A DNA stretch of 64,000 nt, taken from assembly GCA_049645705.1 (NCBI GenBank), contig JBARUK010000004.1, forward strand, positions 105,873 to 169,872. Direction: 5' to 3'. The translations under genes were made by a program, and so were the position numbers. Below the pieces are notes generated by a model. The model saw only the letters and a list, made by a program, of their open reading frames with translations, was not told the origin of the DNA and made no database searches. Below, piece after piece: positions 27,801-36,858 of the stretch (the stretch's first letter is position 1; each line of letters opens with the position of its first letter). Source of the stretch: Cyclobacteriaceae bacterium (GTDB lineage: Bacteria; Bacteroidota; Bacteroidia; Cytophagales; Cyclobacteriaceae).

Positions 27801-30464
27801 TGGGCCGGAAGGCAAAAACGGGAATACCCTGACGGGGCGGCTATACTGTCATTTTCGACAGATAAGGAGGACTACCGGGTGGGCGAAAGAGTTCGCCTGA
27901 ACATCCCGGGTAGTACCGAAGGGCGCGCGCTTGTTTCCATAGAGAACGGAACCAGTGTACTCAGGCAATACTGGATAGAAACGAAAGCCGGGGAGAATGT
28001 GACATTCTTTGACGTGGAAGAGGGCATGGCACCTAACGTATATGCTCATGTAAGCCTGATACAGCCTCACAGCCAGACCTCTAATGACCTGCCTGTGCGC
28101 CTGTACGGTGTAGTGCCTGTAAATGTAGAAAACCCGAACACGGAAATCCATCCGGAAATACGCACAGCTTCCACCTTTGAACCGGAAAAAAACGTGACTG
28201 TGCGGGTAAGTGAGAAGAACGACCGGGCTATGACCTATACCCTTGCCGTGGTAGATGAAGGTCTACTGGACCTGACTAACTTCCTTACCCCGGAACCCCA
28301 TGACTACTTCTATGCTAAGGAGGCATTGGGTGTTAAGACCTGGGACATATATAACCAGGTGATAGATGCTATGGGCGGACGTACAGGCAGACTGCTGGCC
28401 ATAGGTGGAGATGGCGATGTAAAGAACCAAAGCAATAAAAATGCACAGCGCTTTGAGCCTGTATCCAAATTTCTGGGGCCTTTTACTCTTAAAAAAGGAG
28501 ATGAAGCCAGCCACACCTTCCGCATGCCAAACTACATAGGCTCGGTACGTGTGATGGTGGTAGCCCGCGAAGGAGATGCTTACGGACAGGCGGAGAAGGC
28601 CGTTCCGGTAAAGAAAGACCTGATGATACTGGGAACTATACCTCGTGTAGTAGGCCCGGGCGAGAACGTGTCGCTGCCAGTGACTGTCTTTACCGATGGC
28701 GAAGTTGGAGACGATGTTTCTCTGAAAGTAAAAACCAACAGCCTGCTATCTGCGGCCGGAGGCAGGACACAAAGCCTGGATATGGAAGGGCAGCAGGAAA
28801 GGACAGTTGATTTTCAACTGAAGGCAGGCAATCAGACCGGTATTGCCAGGATAGAGGTGGAGGCTATGGCAGGAGGTAAAACTGCCACCTGGAAGGTAGA
28901 GCTGGATGTACGCAATCCCAACCCTATGACTACGCGGGTAAATGAAGTATACCTGGAACCCGGAGCCAACTGGCAGAAGACCGTAGAGGCTATCGGGGTC
29001 AAAGGCACTAACAGCGCCACACTGGAAGTCTCCTCCATACCGGCTATCAACATGAAGAAAAGGCTGCAATACCTTATCCGCTACCCATACGGATGCCTAG
29101 AGCAGACCGTTTCCAAGGCCTATGCCCTGCTATTTATACCCAAAATCACTGATGTAACCAGCCAGGAACAGGCACGAGTCAAAGAGATCATCAAAGAAAG
29201 TCTGAGCCGCCTGCCCCGTTTCCAGATGGGCGACGGCAGTTTCGAGTACTGGCCCGGATCGGGTACACGTAATGACTGGACTACAAACTATGTAGGTCAC
29301 TTTATGATAGAAGCCCGTAACAATGGTCACTTTGTACCAGACTACCTGCTGCAGCGCTGGTCTGACTACCAGTACCGGGCCGCATCTGACTACAATGGCA
29401 GCAGCCAGTATAAGAAGAAGAACCGCAGCGACCTGATCCAGGCCTACCGCCTGTACACGCTGGCCCTGCATAATAACCCGCACCTGGGAGCTATGAACAG
29501 GCTGAGGGAACAGACTACCCTGGACAATGTAACCAAATGGATGCTGGCCTCTGCTTATGCTATAGCCGGACAACCCGAAGCCGCCCGTAAGCTGGTGGCG
29601 GGAACCTCCAGGGAGGTAGATAACTACCGCGAGATGAGCTATACATTCGGCTCTACCACCCGTGATGAAGCCATCATCCTGGAAACGCTCGTAAGGCTGA
29701 ATGACAAGGAGGAATCATTTGTATTGCTCAAGCGCATAGCGGAAAGAATGGGAGACGGTAATTACTGGATGAGTACCCAGGAAACTGCTTTCGCCTTGGC
29801 TGCCATAGCGCGATTCCTGGGCGACCGTAAGCCGGAACCGGTCAGCTTCACATATGATTATAATGGCAAGGGTGCAGATGCTACTGCCGATATCCATATT
29901 GTAAGCCGCGAACTGGCTCTTGACACTCAGAACGAAGAGATTACGGTAAAGAACACCAGCCAGGAAGGTCTTTTTGTGCGAGTGATATCACAGGGGCAAC
30001 CAGCCAGAGGCATGGAAGTAGCAGGCAGTAACGGCGTGCGGTTAAGTGTGCACTATCAAAATGCAAGCGGGGCTATGGTAAATCCCGGCGATATCAGACA
30101 GGGAGAGAATTTTTCTGCTGTTGTTACGGTATCTAACCCCGGTACACGAGGTTACCTGCGGGAGATGGCCCTCACCCAGGTATTCCCCAGCGGGTGGGAG
30201 GTCAGAAACATCCGCCTGGAAGACCTGGAAGATGTATATGACCAGGGCGAGTTCGATTACCAGGACATCCGTGATGACCGTGTGAATACGTTCTTTGACC
30301 TGCCACCGGGCAAAAACAAAACCTTCAGGGTACTCCTGAATGCTACCTATGAAGGAGAGTATTACCTGCCCGCCATTACGTGCGAAGCCATGTATGATAA
30401 GAGCATATCGGCAACTGTACCAGGGCAGGAAGTCAGGGTAATTGATGCCGTAAAGAATCAGTAA
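24873..30464 (+). CDS. Alpha-2-macroglobulin family lipoprotein with an intact thioester motif
   Basis: 1863 aa. Lipoprotein-type N-terminus, MG domains, a bait-region-like segment, and the thioester motif GCLEQ (RYPYGCLEQTVSKA). Confidence 0.9.
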   Translation: MILLNRKIFLLNWLNLFILMALAGFQVSCSCSDNEAIGEVSEDKIPVYNSFVSSHTSGIIGSRSGIQVRFVKAIADSSILGQPFPKDVIDFSPEIEGQLIARDLYTLDFQPDSPLPNGQKYEIEVDVEELFEEVEDKEEDFIFYFQVMPQSLSLSVTGIEPYQPKDLRKQKLLGSIITADVAESKQVEKLLSATQNGDRKKIEWQHAADNMHHFVVQDIVRAEETGKVILTYNGNAIGTKENGTQEVEIPSLKDFKLLSANLVQQPTQHISLRFSDPLNENQDLRGLITISDARAPRISTSGNEILVYPAIRLTGTKTVRANSAIKNILGYQLGSTREVDITFEQEKPGVRLFGNGTILPSTEGTKLHFEAINLNAVEVGVVRIYSENIPQFLQVNSLEGQNQLRRVGRPMHKKVLLLNNKGVADLSKWNLFSIDLAELFKTEPGALYQVTLGFKKEHSAFYCEGQVNEARILTENTQLENWDDPNQGTYWDDYSYYPGGYNWRERDNPCHVSYYTSERYVKTNLLASNLGITAKKGEGTDQAHVVIADLRTTKPMSNVQVRLLDYQLREIGNGQTDTNGFARIKSARKPFVLVADNGTEKGYLKMDDGSSLSLSNFEVRGSAIEEGLKGFIYPERGVYRPGDSLHVSFMLQDEAGTLPREHPVVFELENPKGQTVSRMVHTKAPDNLFVFHTNTPADAPTGNYQARIQAGGATFNKRIRIETVKPNRLKVRVNWGKEEIGSAEMPVSGTLQANWLTGPDARNMKGEMEVVYQPVQTIFKGYSNYVFDDPARTYDPEPKMFWEGTTNDNGQANIYLDAMPENAPGKMMAQFRGRVYEPGGDFSIFRDQVPYSPYFSYVGLKAPEGDFRGMLLTDTLHAVDLVALNEKGDPIDRSVDVEVYKLEWRWWWDNTEASIGSYISGSGHMPVSSGRVRISEGKGRYNLRIDYPDWGRYLVRVCDPVSGHCAGKVIYMDWPGWAGRQKREYPDGAAILSFSTDKEDYRVGERVRLNIPGSTEGRALVSIENGTSVLRQYWIETKAGENVTFFDVEEGMAPNVYAHVSLIQPHSQTSNDLPVRLYGVVPVNVENPNTEIHPEIRTASTFEPEKNVTVRVSEKNDRAMTYTLAVVDEGLLDLTNFLTPEPHDYFYAKEALGVKTWDIYNQVIDAMGGRTGRLLAIGGDGDVKNQSNKNAQRFEPVSKFLGPFTLKKGDEASHTFRMPNYIGSVRVMVVAREGDAYGQAEKAVPVKKDLMILGTIPRVVGPGENVSLPVTVFTDGEVGDDVSLKVKTNSLLSAAGGRTQSLDMEGQQERTVDFQLKAGNQTGIARIEVEAMAGGKTATWKVELDVRNPNPMTTRVNEVYLEPGANWQKTVEAIGVKGTNSATLEVSSIPAINMKKRLQYLIRYPYGCLEQTVSKAYALLFIPKITDVTSQEQARVKEIIKESLSRLPRFQMGDGSFEYWPGSGTRNDWTTNYVGHFMIEARNNGHFVPDYLLQRWSDYQYRAASDYNGSSQYKKKNRSDLIQAYRLYTLALHNNPHLGAMNRLREQTTLDNVTKWMLASAYAIAGQPEAARKLVAGTSREVDNYREMSYTFGSTTRDEAIILETLVRLNDKEESFVLLKRIAERMGDGNYWMSTQETAFALAAIARFLGDRKPEPVSFTYDYNGKGADATADIHIVSRELALDTQNEEITVKNTSQEGLFVRVISQGQPARGMEVAGSNGVRLSVHYQNASGAMVNPGDIRQGENFSAVVTVSNPGTRGYLREMALTQVFPSGWEVRNIRLEDLEDVYDQGEFDYQDIRDDRVNTFFDLPPGKNKTFRVLLNATYEGEYYLPAITCEAMYDKSISATVPGQEVRVIDAVKNQ

Positions 30465-30564
30465 AGACCTGAGCCGTTTATCAGATGAAAATACCGCATT
30501 TACGAATTTGTCTTTCAAATACGGTCCGCAGAGATATATTTAGTCCGAAGTTAAGGCTAAAATA

Positions 30565-31185
30565 ATGTTCAGTAATTTTTCAGGATGGTGGGAAACGCTC
30601 GAAACGTTCGAGCGGATATATTGGGCACTGGCCGTGCCCTTTACGATACTGTTTCTTATTCAGTTAATACTGACGTTCGTAGGTGGTGATTTTGACATCG
30701 ACGACGGAGCGGATGCATTGGATGGAGGCGATACGGACAGTCATGATTTCGGGGATGCGGGTTTTCACCTGATCACCGTCAAAAACCTGATCGGGTTCTT
30801 TACCATATTCAGTTGGACAGGGCTCGCCTGTATAGATGCCGGCCTCGCCAACATACTTACCACGATTATTTCTGTAATCTGCGGCTTGCTGATGATGGTC
30901 ATTATGGCCAGTATTTTCTATTTTATGGGAAAACTCACAGCCGATAAAACGATGAACCTGGAAACTTCCCTCTACCAGACCGGCGAAGTTTACCTCAGGG
31001 TACCTGCCCTGAGAGGTGGTGTAGGCAAAATACATATCACCGTACAGGGCACGCTGCGTGAACTGGACGCTGTAACGGATGATGAAGACGACCTCTCTAC
31101 CGGGTCCGTCATCACGGTAACTGATGTGATCAATGGCAACTTGCTCATTGTAACCAAAAGCTCTGCCTACTCTCAGATCATGTAA
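30565..31185 (+). CDS. YqiJ/NfeD-like membrane protein (flotillin partner)
   Basis: 206 aa with TM helices and a C-terminal OB-fold-like beta region. It lies 30 nt upstream of the flotillin gene, matching the E. coli yqiJ-yqiK layout. Confidence 0.6.
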   Translation: MFSNFSGWWETLETFERIYWALAVPFTILFLIQLILTFVGGDFDIDDGADALDGGDTDSHDFGDAGFHLITVKNLIGFFTIFSWTGLACIDAGLANILTTIISVICGLLMMVIMASIFYFMGKLTADKTMNLETSLYQTGEVYLRVPALRGGVGKIHITVQGTLRELDAVTDDEDDLSTGSVITVTDVINGNLLIVTKSSAYSQIM

Positions 31186-31214
31186 ATTTTATACCTAAAT
31201 AAACAGTCATTAGT

Positions 31215-32786
31215 ATGGAACCAATGTTAATCTTGATAGCAGGAGCATCGCTGTTCCTGTTTATCTTAATTATCGCTGCCCTTAAGCGCTACAAACGTTG
31301 CCCGTCTGACCGGATACTTGTTGTATATGGTAAGGTAGGCGGGAGTACGTCCGCAAAGTGTATCCACGGCGGGGCGGCCTTTATCTGGCCGGTTATCCAG
31401 GACTACGAATTCCTGGACCTGACGCCTAACTCGATCGAGGTAAACCTGACCAACGCTCTGAGTAAACAGAACATCCGGGTAGATGTGCCTTCACGCTTTA
31501 CGGTAGGTATCTCTACCGAACCCGGCATTATGAACAATGCCGCCGAGCGTCTTCTAGGCCTCTCACAAACTGATGTTCATGACCTGGCTAAGGATATTAT
31601 ATTCGGTCAGTTGCGTCTGGTAGTAGCCACTATGGACATTGAGGAGATCAATAACAACCGTGATAAATTTCTGGATAACGTAGCGAAGAACGTAGAAGCC
31701 GAACTGAAAAAGATCGGACTGAAACTGATCAACGTAAACGTTACGGATATTAAGGATGAGTCCGGTTACATCGAAGCACTCGGTAAAGAGGCTGCTGCCA
31801 AAGCGGTCAACGATGCACGTAAGAGCGTGGCCGAAAAGGAACGTGACGGTAGTATCGGTGAGGCGAAAGCCAAGCAGGATGAGCGTGTACAGGTAGCCGA
31901 CGCCAACTCAATTGCCGTAATAGGTGAGGCCGAGGCAGACCGTAACCAGCGTATACAGCTCGCCGATGCAGATGCTAAATCCAGAATTGGTGAAGCAGAG
32001 GCGAAGCAGCGTGAGCGTATTGCTACCTCCGAAGCCAATGCACATGCTATAAAGGGTGAAAACCTTGCCAAGATCGACATAGCCGATTCAGAATCTATAA
32101 GACGAGAAAAGGAAGCTGAGGCCCATAGAAAAGCGGTAACTGCCGAGAAAGTAGCCACCGCCAAGGCTAAGGAAGACTCCTACCATGCTGAAAAAATGGC
32201 TGAAGATGCCCGTGCGGAACGTGAGCAGGCCAGCCGCCATGCGGATATTATTATCCCTGCCGAGATCGATAAAAGTAAGGTCACGATTGATGCTGAGGCT
32301 GAGGCTGAGCGTATCAGAAGACATGCCCGTGGTGAAGCGGATGCCATTTACTATAAGATGGAAGCCGAAGCACGCGGTATGTTCGAGATCATGAGCAAGC
32401 AGGCCGAAGGTTTCGAGCGCATTGTACAGGCTGCCGGAAACGACAGTCGCGAGGCCGTTCTGCTGATGATTGCCGACAAATTGCCTGAGTTGGTTAAAAC
32501 CCAGGTAGAAGCCATCAAGAACATCAAGATCGATAAAGTAACTGTATGGGACAGCGGAGCCGGTAACCAGAACGGCACCACCAATACGGCTAACTTTATG
32601 TCCAGTATGCTAAAGACCCTCCCTCCTATGGAAGAAATGTTCCAGATGGCCGGCATGGGGCTTCCCGATATGCTGCAGGGCAAAAAGCCTGCTGCTGAGG
32701 CTGAGCACAGTGAAGAGATAAACGGAGAAACAGTTAATGGTAGCGATGACCACAAGCCCCTGATGGGTAAAGGTGATAAAGACTGA
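31215..32786 (+). CDS. Flotillin/SPFH (band-7) family protein
   Basis: 523 aa. N-terminal TM, SPFH domain, and a long EA-repeat coiled coil (AEAEAERI, GEAEADR). Confidence 0.85.
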   Translation: MEPMLILIAGASLFLFILIIAALKRYKRCPSDRILVVYGKVGGSTSAKCIHGGAAFIWPVIQDYEFLDLTPNSIEVNLTNALSKQNIRVDVPSRFTVGISTEPGIMNNAAERLLGLSQTDVHDLAKDIIFGQLRLVVATMDIEEINNNRDKFLDNVAKNVEAELKKIGLKLINVNVTDIKDESGYIEALGKEAAAKAVNDARKSVAEKERDGSIGEAKAKQDERVQVADANSIAVIGEAEADRNQRIQLADADAKSRIGEAEAKQRERIATSEANAHAIKGENLAKIDIADSESIRREKEAEAHRKAVTAEKVATAKAKEDSYHAEKMAEDARAEREQASRHADIIIPAEIDKSKVTIDAEAEAERIRRHARGEADAIYYKMEAEARGMFEIMSKQAEGFERIVQAAGNDSREAVLLMIADKLPELVKTQVEAIKNIKIDKVTVWDSGAGNQNGTTNTANFMSSMLKTLPPMEEMFQMAGMGLPDMLQGKKPAAEAEHSEEINGETVNGSDDHKPLMGKGDKD

Positions 32787-32810
32787 TAACAACCTCCGCA
32801 GATACTATGA

Positions 32811-32838
32811 GGCCTGTCCAACGACAGGCCTTTTTTTT
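32811..32838 (+). terminator. Strong intrinsic terminator between the flotillin gene and pbpC
   Basis: GGCCTGTC-caacg-GACAGGCC followed by TTTTTTTT. Confidence 0.7.
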
Positions 32839-32927
32839 GTCCGCTTAATGTGCTAAATAAGGTAAATACAGACTTTTAGCACTCACCGTATTAGCGTATT
32901 TTTGTCTGATAGTCATTCTGTTACGCA

Positions 32928-35276
32928 TTGGCAAAACATATAAAGATCCTCTTAGCAACTTTAGGGCTTTTCCTGGCAGGCCTGTGGTGGTTTTGTCTGC
33001 CCGGTACGCTGTTCAAGGTTTCTTACAGCACGCTGATCGAAGCGCGTGACGGTACCTTGCTGGGGGCCACTATTGCCGGTGACGGACAGTGGCGTTTCCC
33101 TCTCGGAGATTCGGTACCGGACAAATTCCGGAAGGCTATTCTTTGCTTTGAAGACAGACGTTTTTATGATCATCCCGGCGTAGACCTGAAGGCTATGGCC
33201 CGGGCCGTACAGCAAAACCTACGCGAAGGCAGGATAGTAAGCGGCGGATCTACCCTTACCATGCAGGTGATCAGGCTAAGCCAGCAGGAGGACCGTACCT
33301 TCTGGCAAAAGCTGAAAGAAACCTGGATAGCCACCCGGCTCGAGGCGGCTTCTTCTAAAGACGAAATCCTCGGTATGTATGCCGCTCACGCTCCATTCGG
33401 TGGCAATGTGGTAGGCCTGGAAGCCGCCTCCTGGCGGTACTTCGGCAGGAGCCCCTTTCACCTGAGCTGGGCAGAAGCTGCCTCCCTGGCCGTATTGCCT
33501 AACAGTCCCGCCCTGGTATTTCCGGGAAGAAATGAAGAAACTTTCAGACGAAAGCGAAACCGCCTGCTGTATGACCTCTACCGCCAGGGCACTTTTGATT
33601 CACTCACCTATATGCTGGCTACCAAAGAATCGCTGCCCGGCACACCCAAGCCGCTGCCCACCCTGGCCCCCCACCTGCTTACCCGGGTCATACACAACGG
33701 AAAACAGGGGCAACGGGTCAGAACCACTATCGATCCGCGGCTGCAGGTACGTTCCAGCCGCATACTGCAACGCTACCACGAGCAGTACAGACGGGCCAAT
33801 ATCTTCAACGGGGCTATCCTGGTACTGGATGTGAAAACAGGTGGAACGCTGGCATATATAGGTAACACACCGGTAAAAGGAAGTGAATACGGCGGGCAAG
33901 TGGATATTATCACCTCACGGCGTAGTACAGGTAGCTTGCTCAAACCATTCCTGTTTGCTTCGATGCTGGACGAAGGACTCATTCTGCCTGCTACTCTGGT
34001 CCCGGACATTCCCACTGTCATACGCGGCTTTGCTCCGCAAAACTTCGATAAAGACTACAGCGGTGCTGTAGCAGCTAACGAGGCTGTGGCCCGCTCGCTG
34101 AATATACCCGCTGTAAGGATGCTGCAGGCATATGGGACCGACAAGCTGCACCGCCGACTGGACGAGGCAGGCATGACCACACTGGACAATGGCCCCGACC
34201 ACTATGGCCTGTCGCTTATCCTGGGCGGAGCGGAGTGTACGCTATGGGATATCAGCGGTATGTATGCCGGTATGGCTCGCTCACTCAACGCTTACTTCGA
34301 GCTACCCGAACCCTCCAGGTATCGTACCGGTAATTACCATGCTCCTCACTATGTCCACCGCTCTGACCAAACTACGAACATAACTAATGTATCTGAAAGC
34401 GGCCTGTTTACTGCCGGTGCCCTGTGGCTCACCTTCGAGGCCTTGAAAGAGGTGAATCGGCCAGAAACTGAAACCGGGTGGGAATACTACACAGGAGCCA
34501 AACCTATGGCCTACAAAACAGGCACAAGCTACGGCCACCGGGATGCCTGGGCCATTGGGGTCACCAGTGACTATGTAGTAGGCGTATGGATAGGAAATGC
34601 AGATGGCGAGGGCCGTCCGGGGCTGACCGGGGTCACTACTGCGGCCCCTCTCCTGTTCGAAGCAGCCAGCCTGATGCCTGAACCGGACAACTTTCATTTA
34701 CCCGAGAGTGACCTGTTCGAAGCAGCCGTCTGCAGGCAGAGTGGCCACCGGAGTACTGAATTTTGCGTAGAAACGGATACTGTACTTATTACAAAAAAAG
34801 GTCTGAATACACGCCCATGCCCTTACCATAGACAAGTATTTGTGACCGCCGATCACCAGCTAAGGGTATATGAGGAATGCTACCAGGAAGAGGATGTAGT
34901 ACAGGAAAAATGGTTTGTCCTGCCAGCTTCCCAGGAGTGGTACTATAAGCGCCATCATACAGATTACCGGTCTCTGCCCCCGGTAGCCGAGTCCTGTCTC
35001 AGCCTTGCATCTGGCAAAAGCATGGAACTGATCTACCCTAAAAGTAATGCCCGGCTGATTATTCCGGTAGAACTGAACGGGCAAAGTGGCGGCACTATCT
35101 TCGAGGTAGCCCACCGACTACCAAAAAGCACTATTTATTGGCACCTGGACGGCAAATACACGGGCAAAACGAAGGAAATTCATCAGATGACCCTCTCTCC
35201 TTCTGAAGGAAGGCATAACCTGCTGCTTACAGATGAAAAAGGCGACCGTCTGGAGGTCGCCTTTGAAGTTCATTGA
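32928..35276 (+). CDS. pbpC: Penicillin-binding protein 1C (transglycosylase plus transpeptidase)
   Basis: 782 aa. GT51 motifs (EDRRFYDHPG, RQGGSTLTMQ) and a transpeptidase domain. A C-terminal PbpC-specific domain is present. Confidence 0.9.
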   Translation: MAKHIKILLATLGLFLAGLWWFCLPGTLFKVSYSTLIEARDGTLLGATIAGDGQWRFPLGDSVPDKFRKAILCFEDRRFYDHPGVDLKAMARAVQQNLREGRIVSGGSTLTMQVIRLSQQEDRTFWQKLKETWIATRLEAASSKDEILGMYAAHAPFGGNVVGLEAASWRYFGRSPFHLSWAEAASLAVLPNSPALVFPGRNEETFRRKRNRLLYDLYRQGTFDSLTYMLATKESLPGTPKPLPTLAPHLLTRVIHNGKQGQRVRTTIDPRLQVRSSRILQRYHEQYRRANIFNGAILVLDVKTGGTLAYIGNTPVKGSEYGGQVDIITSRRSTGSLLKPFLFASMLDEGLILPATLVPDIPTVIRGFAPQNFDKDYSGAVAANEAVARSLNIPAVRMLQAYGTDKLHRRLDEAGMTTLDNGPDHYGLSLILGGAECTLWDISGMYAGMARSLNAYFELPEPSRYRTGNYHAPHYVHRSDQTTNITNVSESGLFTAGALWLTFEALKEVNRPETETGWEYYTGAKPMAYKTGTSYGHRDAWAIGVTSDYVVGVWIGNADGEGRPGLTGVTTAAPLLFEAASLMPEPDNFHLPESDLFEAAVCRQSGHRSTEFCVETDTVLITKKGLNTRPCPYHRQVFVTADHQLRVYEECYQEEDVVQEKWFVLPASQEWYYKRHHTDYRSLPPVAESCLSLASGKSMELIYPKSNARLIIPVELNGQSGGTIFEVAHRLPKSTIYWHLDGKYTGKTKEIHQMTLSPSEGRHNLLLTDEKGDRLEVAFEVH

Positions 35277-35882
35277 CATAAAATTACCAGCAGGATTCCG
35301 TATAGGCTCCGTTATTAGAAATATCGTCTATGCAGTGAGTAGAGCAGGTTACAGTAGGTAGCATGGACAGTAGTTCCTCCCTTTACAGTTCTGGCATTCA
35401 CACTTTCACCCGTTAAAAAGCTCTTTACGTTAAAAAAAAGTATAATTACAATAAACCAAAAAAGATCAGCAATCAAGTCGCTGACAAATAGCCATTTACT
35501 CAGATTCTATATAACAGCCTTTCCTAAGTACCTTTTTGGTTTACCGGGTTTACATCTTTACTGTTACAGTAGTGGAATAGCTGACCAAAACATGAAAACC
35601 GTAGACAACGCATTTTAATTATCGGGATACCTGTACTATGTGCCTTATTAGTCCTTTCGCTTTTTCGAGTCAGCTCCAACTTTCTTTCTGTTATGTCCGT
35701 CTCGTTTTTACTCGGGCTCCCGTGTTGGTTTTCTTTTTCGTAACGCTGGTTTTTTCTATGGAGGGTTGGGCCTGCTGGATTATGATCCTACCTCTGTTTC
35801 TGTTGATGTCCACTATAGGAGGTCTTATTGCCGGTCACTATAAGGACAAAGAAAATGATAATATTAACCGACTGCGGTTCCG

Positions 35883-36332
35883 TTGGCTATACTCCTGCCC
35901 TTTATTGCTGCTCCTATAGAGCATGCCATCAGCCCTAATGCCGCAATGTATTCGGCTTATACAGAGATCATGATCAACGCACCCGCCGAAACGGTCTGGC
36001 AAAATGTGACGCGCGTACGGCGGATCGATGAAAAGGAAGATTCAGGCTGGCTAAGCCAATGGCTGGTGGTACCACGCCCCGTAGAAGCAGTATTGGATTA
36101 CGAAGGTGAAGGCGCTATCCGTAAAGCCATTTTTACCGGCGGGCTGGTCTTTACGGAAACAGTCACAGAGTACAGAGATCAGGAATTTATGGCCTTTAGT
36201 ATAGAACCGAACACAGGCGAGATCCCCTCCACTACCTTCGATGAGCATGTGCTCATAGGCGGCGAACATTTCGATGTGCTTAAGGGAACGTATAAACTGG
36301 TGAAGGTGGACGAAAAGACAACGAAATTATAA
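35883..36332 (+). CDS. SRPBCC (START/Bet v1-like) domain protein; possibly the 3' part of a frameshifted membrane-anchored gene
   Basis: INAPAETVWQNVTRV... is typical of SRPBCC. It begins at a TTG codon and overlaps the 3' end of the 35638..35919 two-TM ORF in another frame. Confidence 0.45.
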   Translation: MAILLPFIAAPIEHAISPNAAMYSAYTEIMINAPAETVWQNVTRVRRIDEKEDSGWLSQWLVVPRPVEAVLDYEGEGAIRKAIFTGGLVFTETVTEYRDQEFMAFSIEPNTGEIPSTTFDEHVLIGGEHFDVLKGTYKLVKVDEKTTKL

Positions 36333-36391
36333 ATTCTTTCAAGGCAAAAGGGCTAAATCACCTATTGATAAAGCTTACGCAGACTAAACCC

Positions 36392-36423
36392 TTGAGCAAT
36401 CCGGAATATTTAAACTACTTTTG
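36392..36423 (+). promoter_or_regulatory. Candidate Bacteroidota sigma-A promoter for rnpB (TTG -33, TACTTTTG -7)
   Basis: TTG, 21 nt, TACTTTTG. The motif ends about 5 nt before the RNase P RNA 5' end. Confidence 0.5.
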
Positions 36424-36427
36424 TCCA

Positions 36428-36829
36428 TAAGACAGTGCGGGCTGTCCCATCGCTTTCGCTGTATTGGCGGACGAGGAAAGTCCGGGCAACGCAGGACACC
36501 GTGCTTCCTAACGGGAAGGCGTCTGCCACCGGCAGATGACGGAAAGTGCCACAGAAAATATACCGCCTGCCATCTGGCAGGTAAGGGTGAAATGGCGAGG
36601 TAAGAGCTCACCGCCCCGCAGGTGACTGCGGGGGCAGGGCAAACCCCATGGGTTGCAAGGCCAAATAAGCTATCGTGCTGCGCTACAGCTTCGGCTTGCA
36701 GCAGAGGACGGTCCGTCCGAGGTAGCGGGTAGGCTGCTAGAGCCATGTGGCAACGCATGGCCCAGATAAATGATGGGAGTCAGCCACTGGCTGATACAGA
36801 ACCCGGCTTATAGGTCCGCACTGTCTTAT
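36428..36829 (+). ncRNA. rnpB: RNase P RNA (bacterial type A)
   Basis: Universally conserved blocks are present: GGAAAGTCCGGGC; ACAGAAAATATACCGCC; AGGGTGAAATGGCGAGGTAAGAGCTCACCGC; CAAGGCCAAATAAG; GGTAGGCTGCTAGAGCC; ACAGAACCCGGCTTATAGGTC. A P1 helix is formed by TAAGACAGTGCGG / CCGCACTGTCTTA. Confidence 0.9.
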
Positions 36830-36858
36830 TTTACTTTCAATTTTCTATATTGCCCCCT

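Noticed and set aside
36384-36758. ORF-track calls 36384..36758 (-) and 36421..36603 (+)
   Set aside because: The region is RNase P RNA (rnpB).
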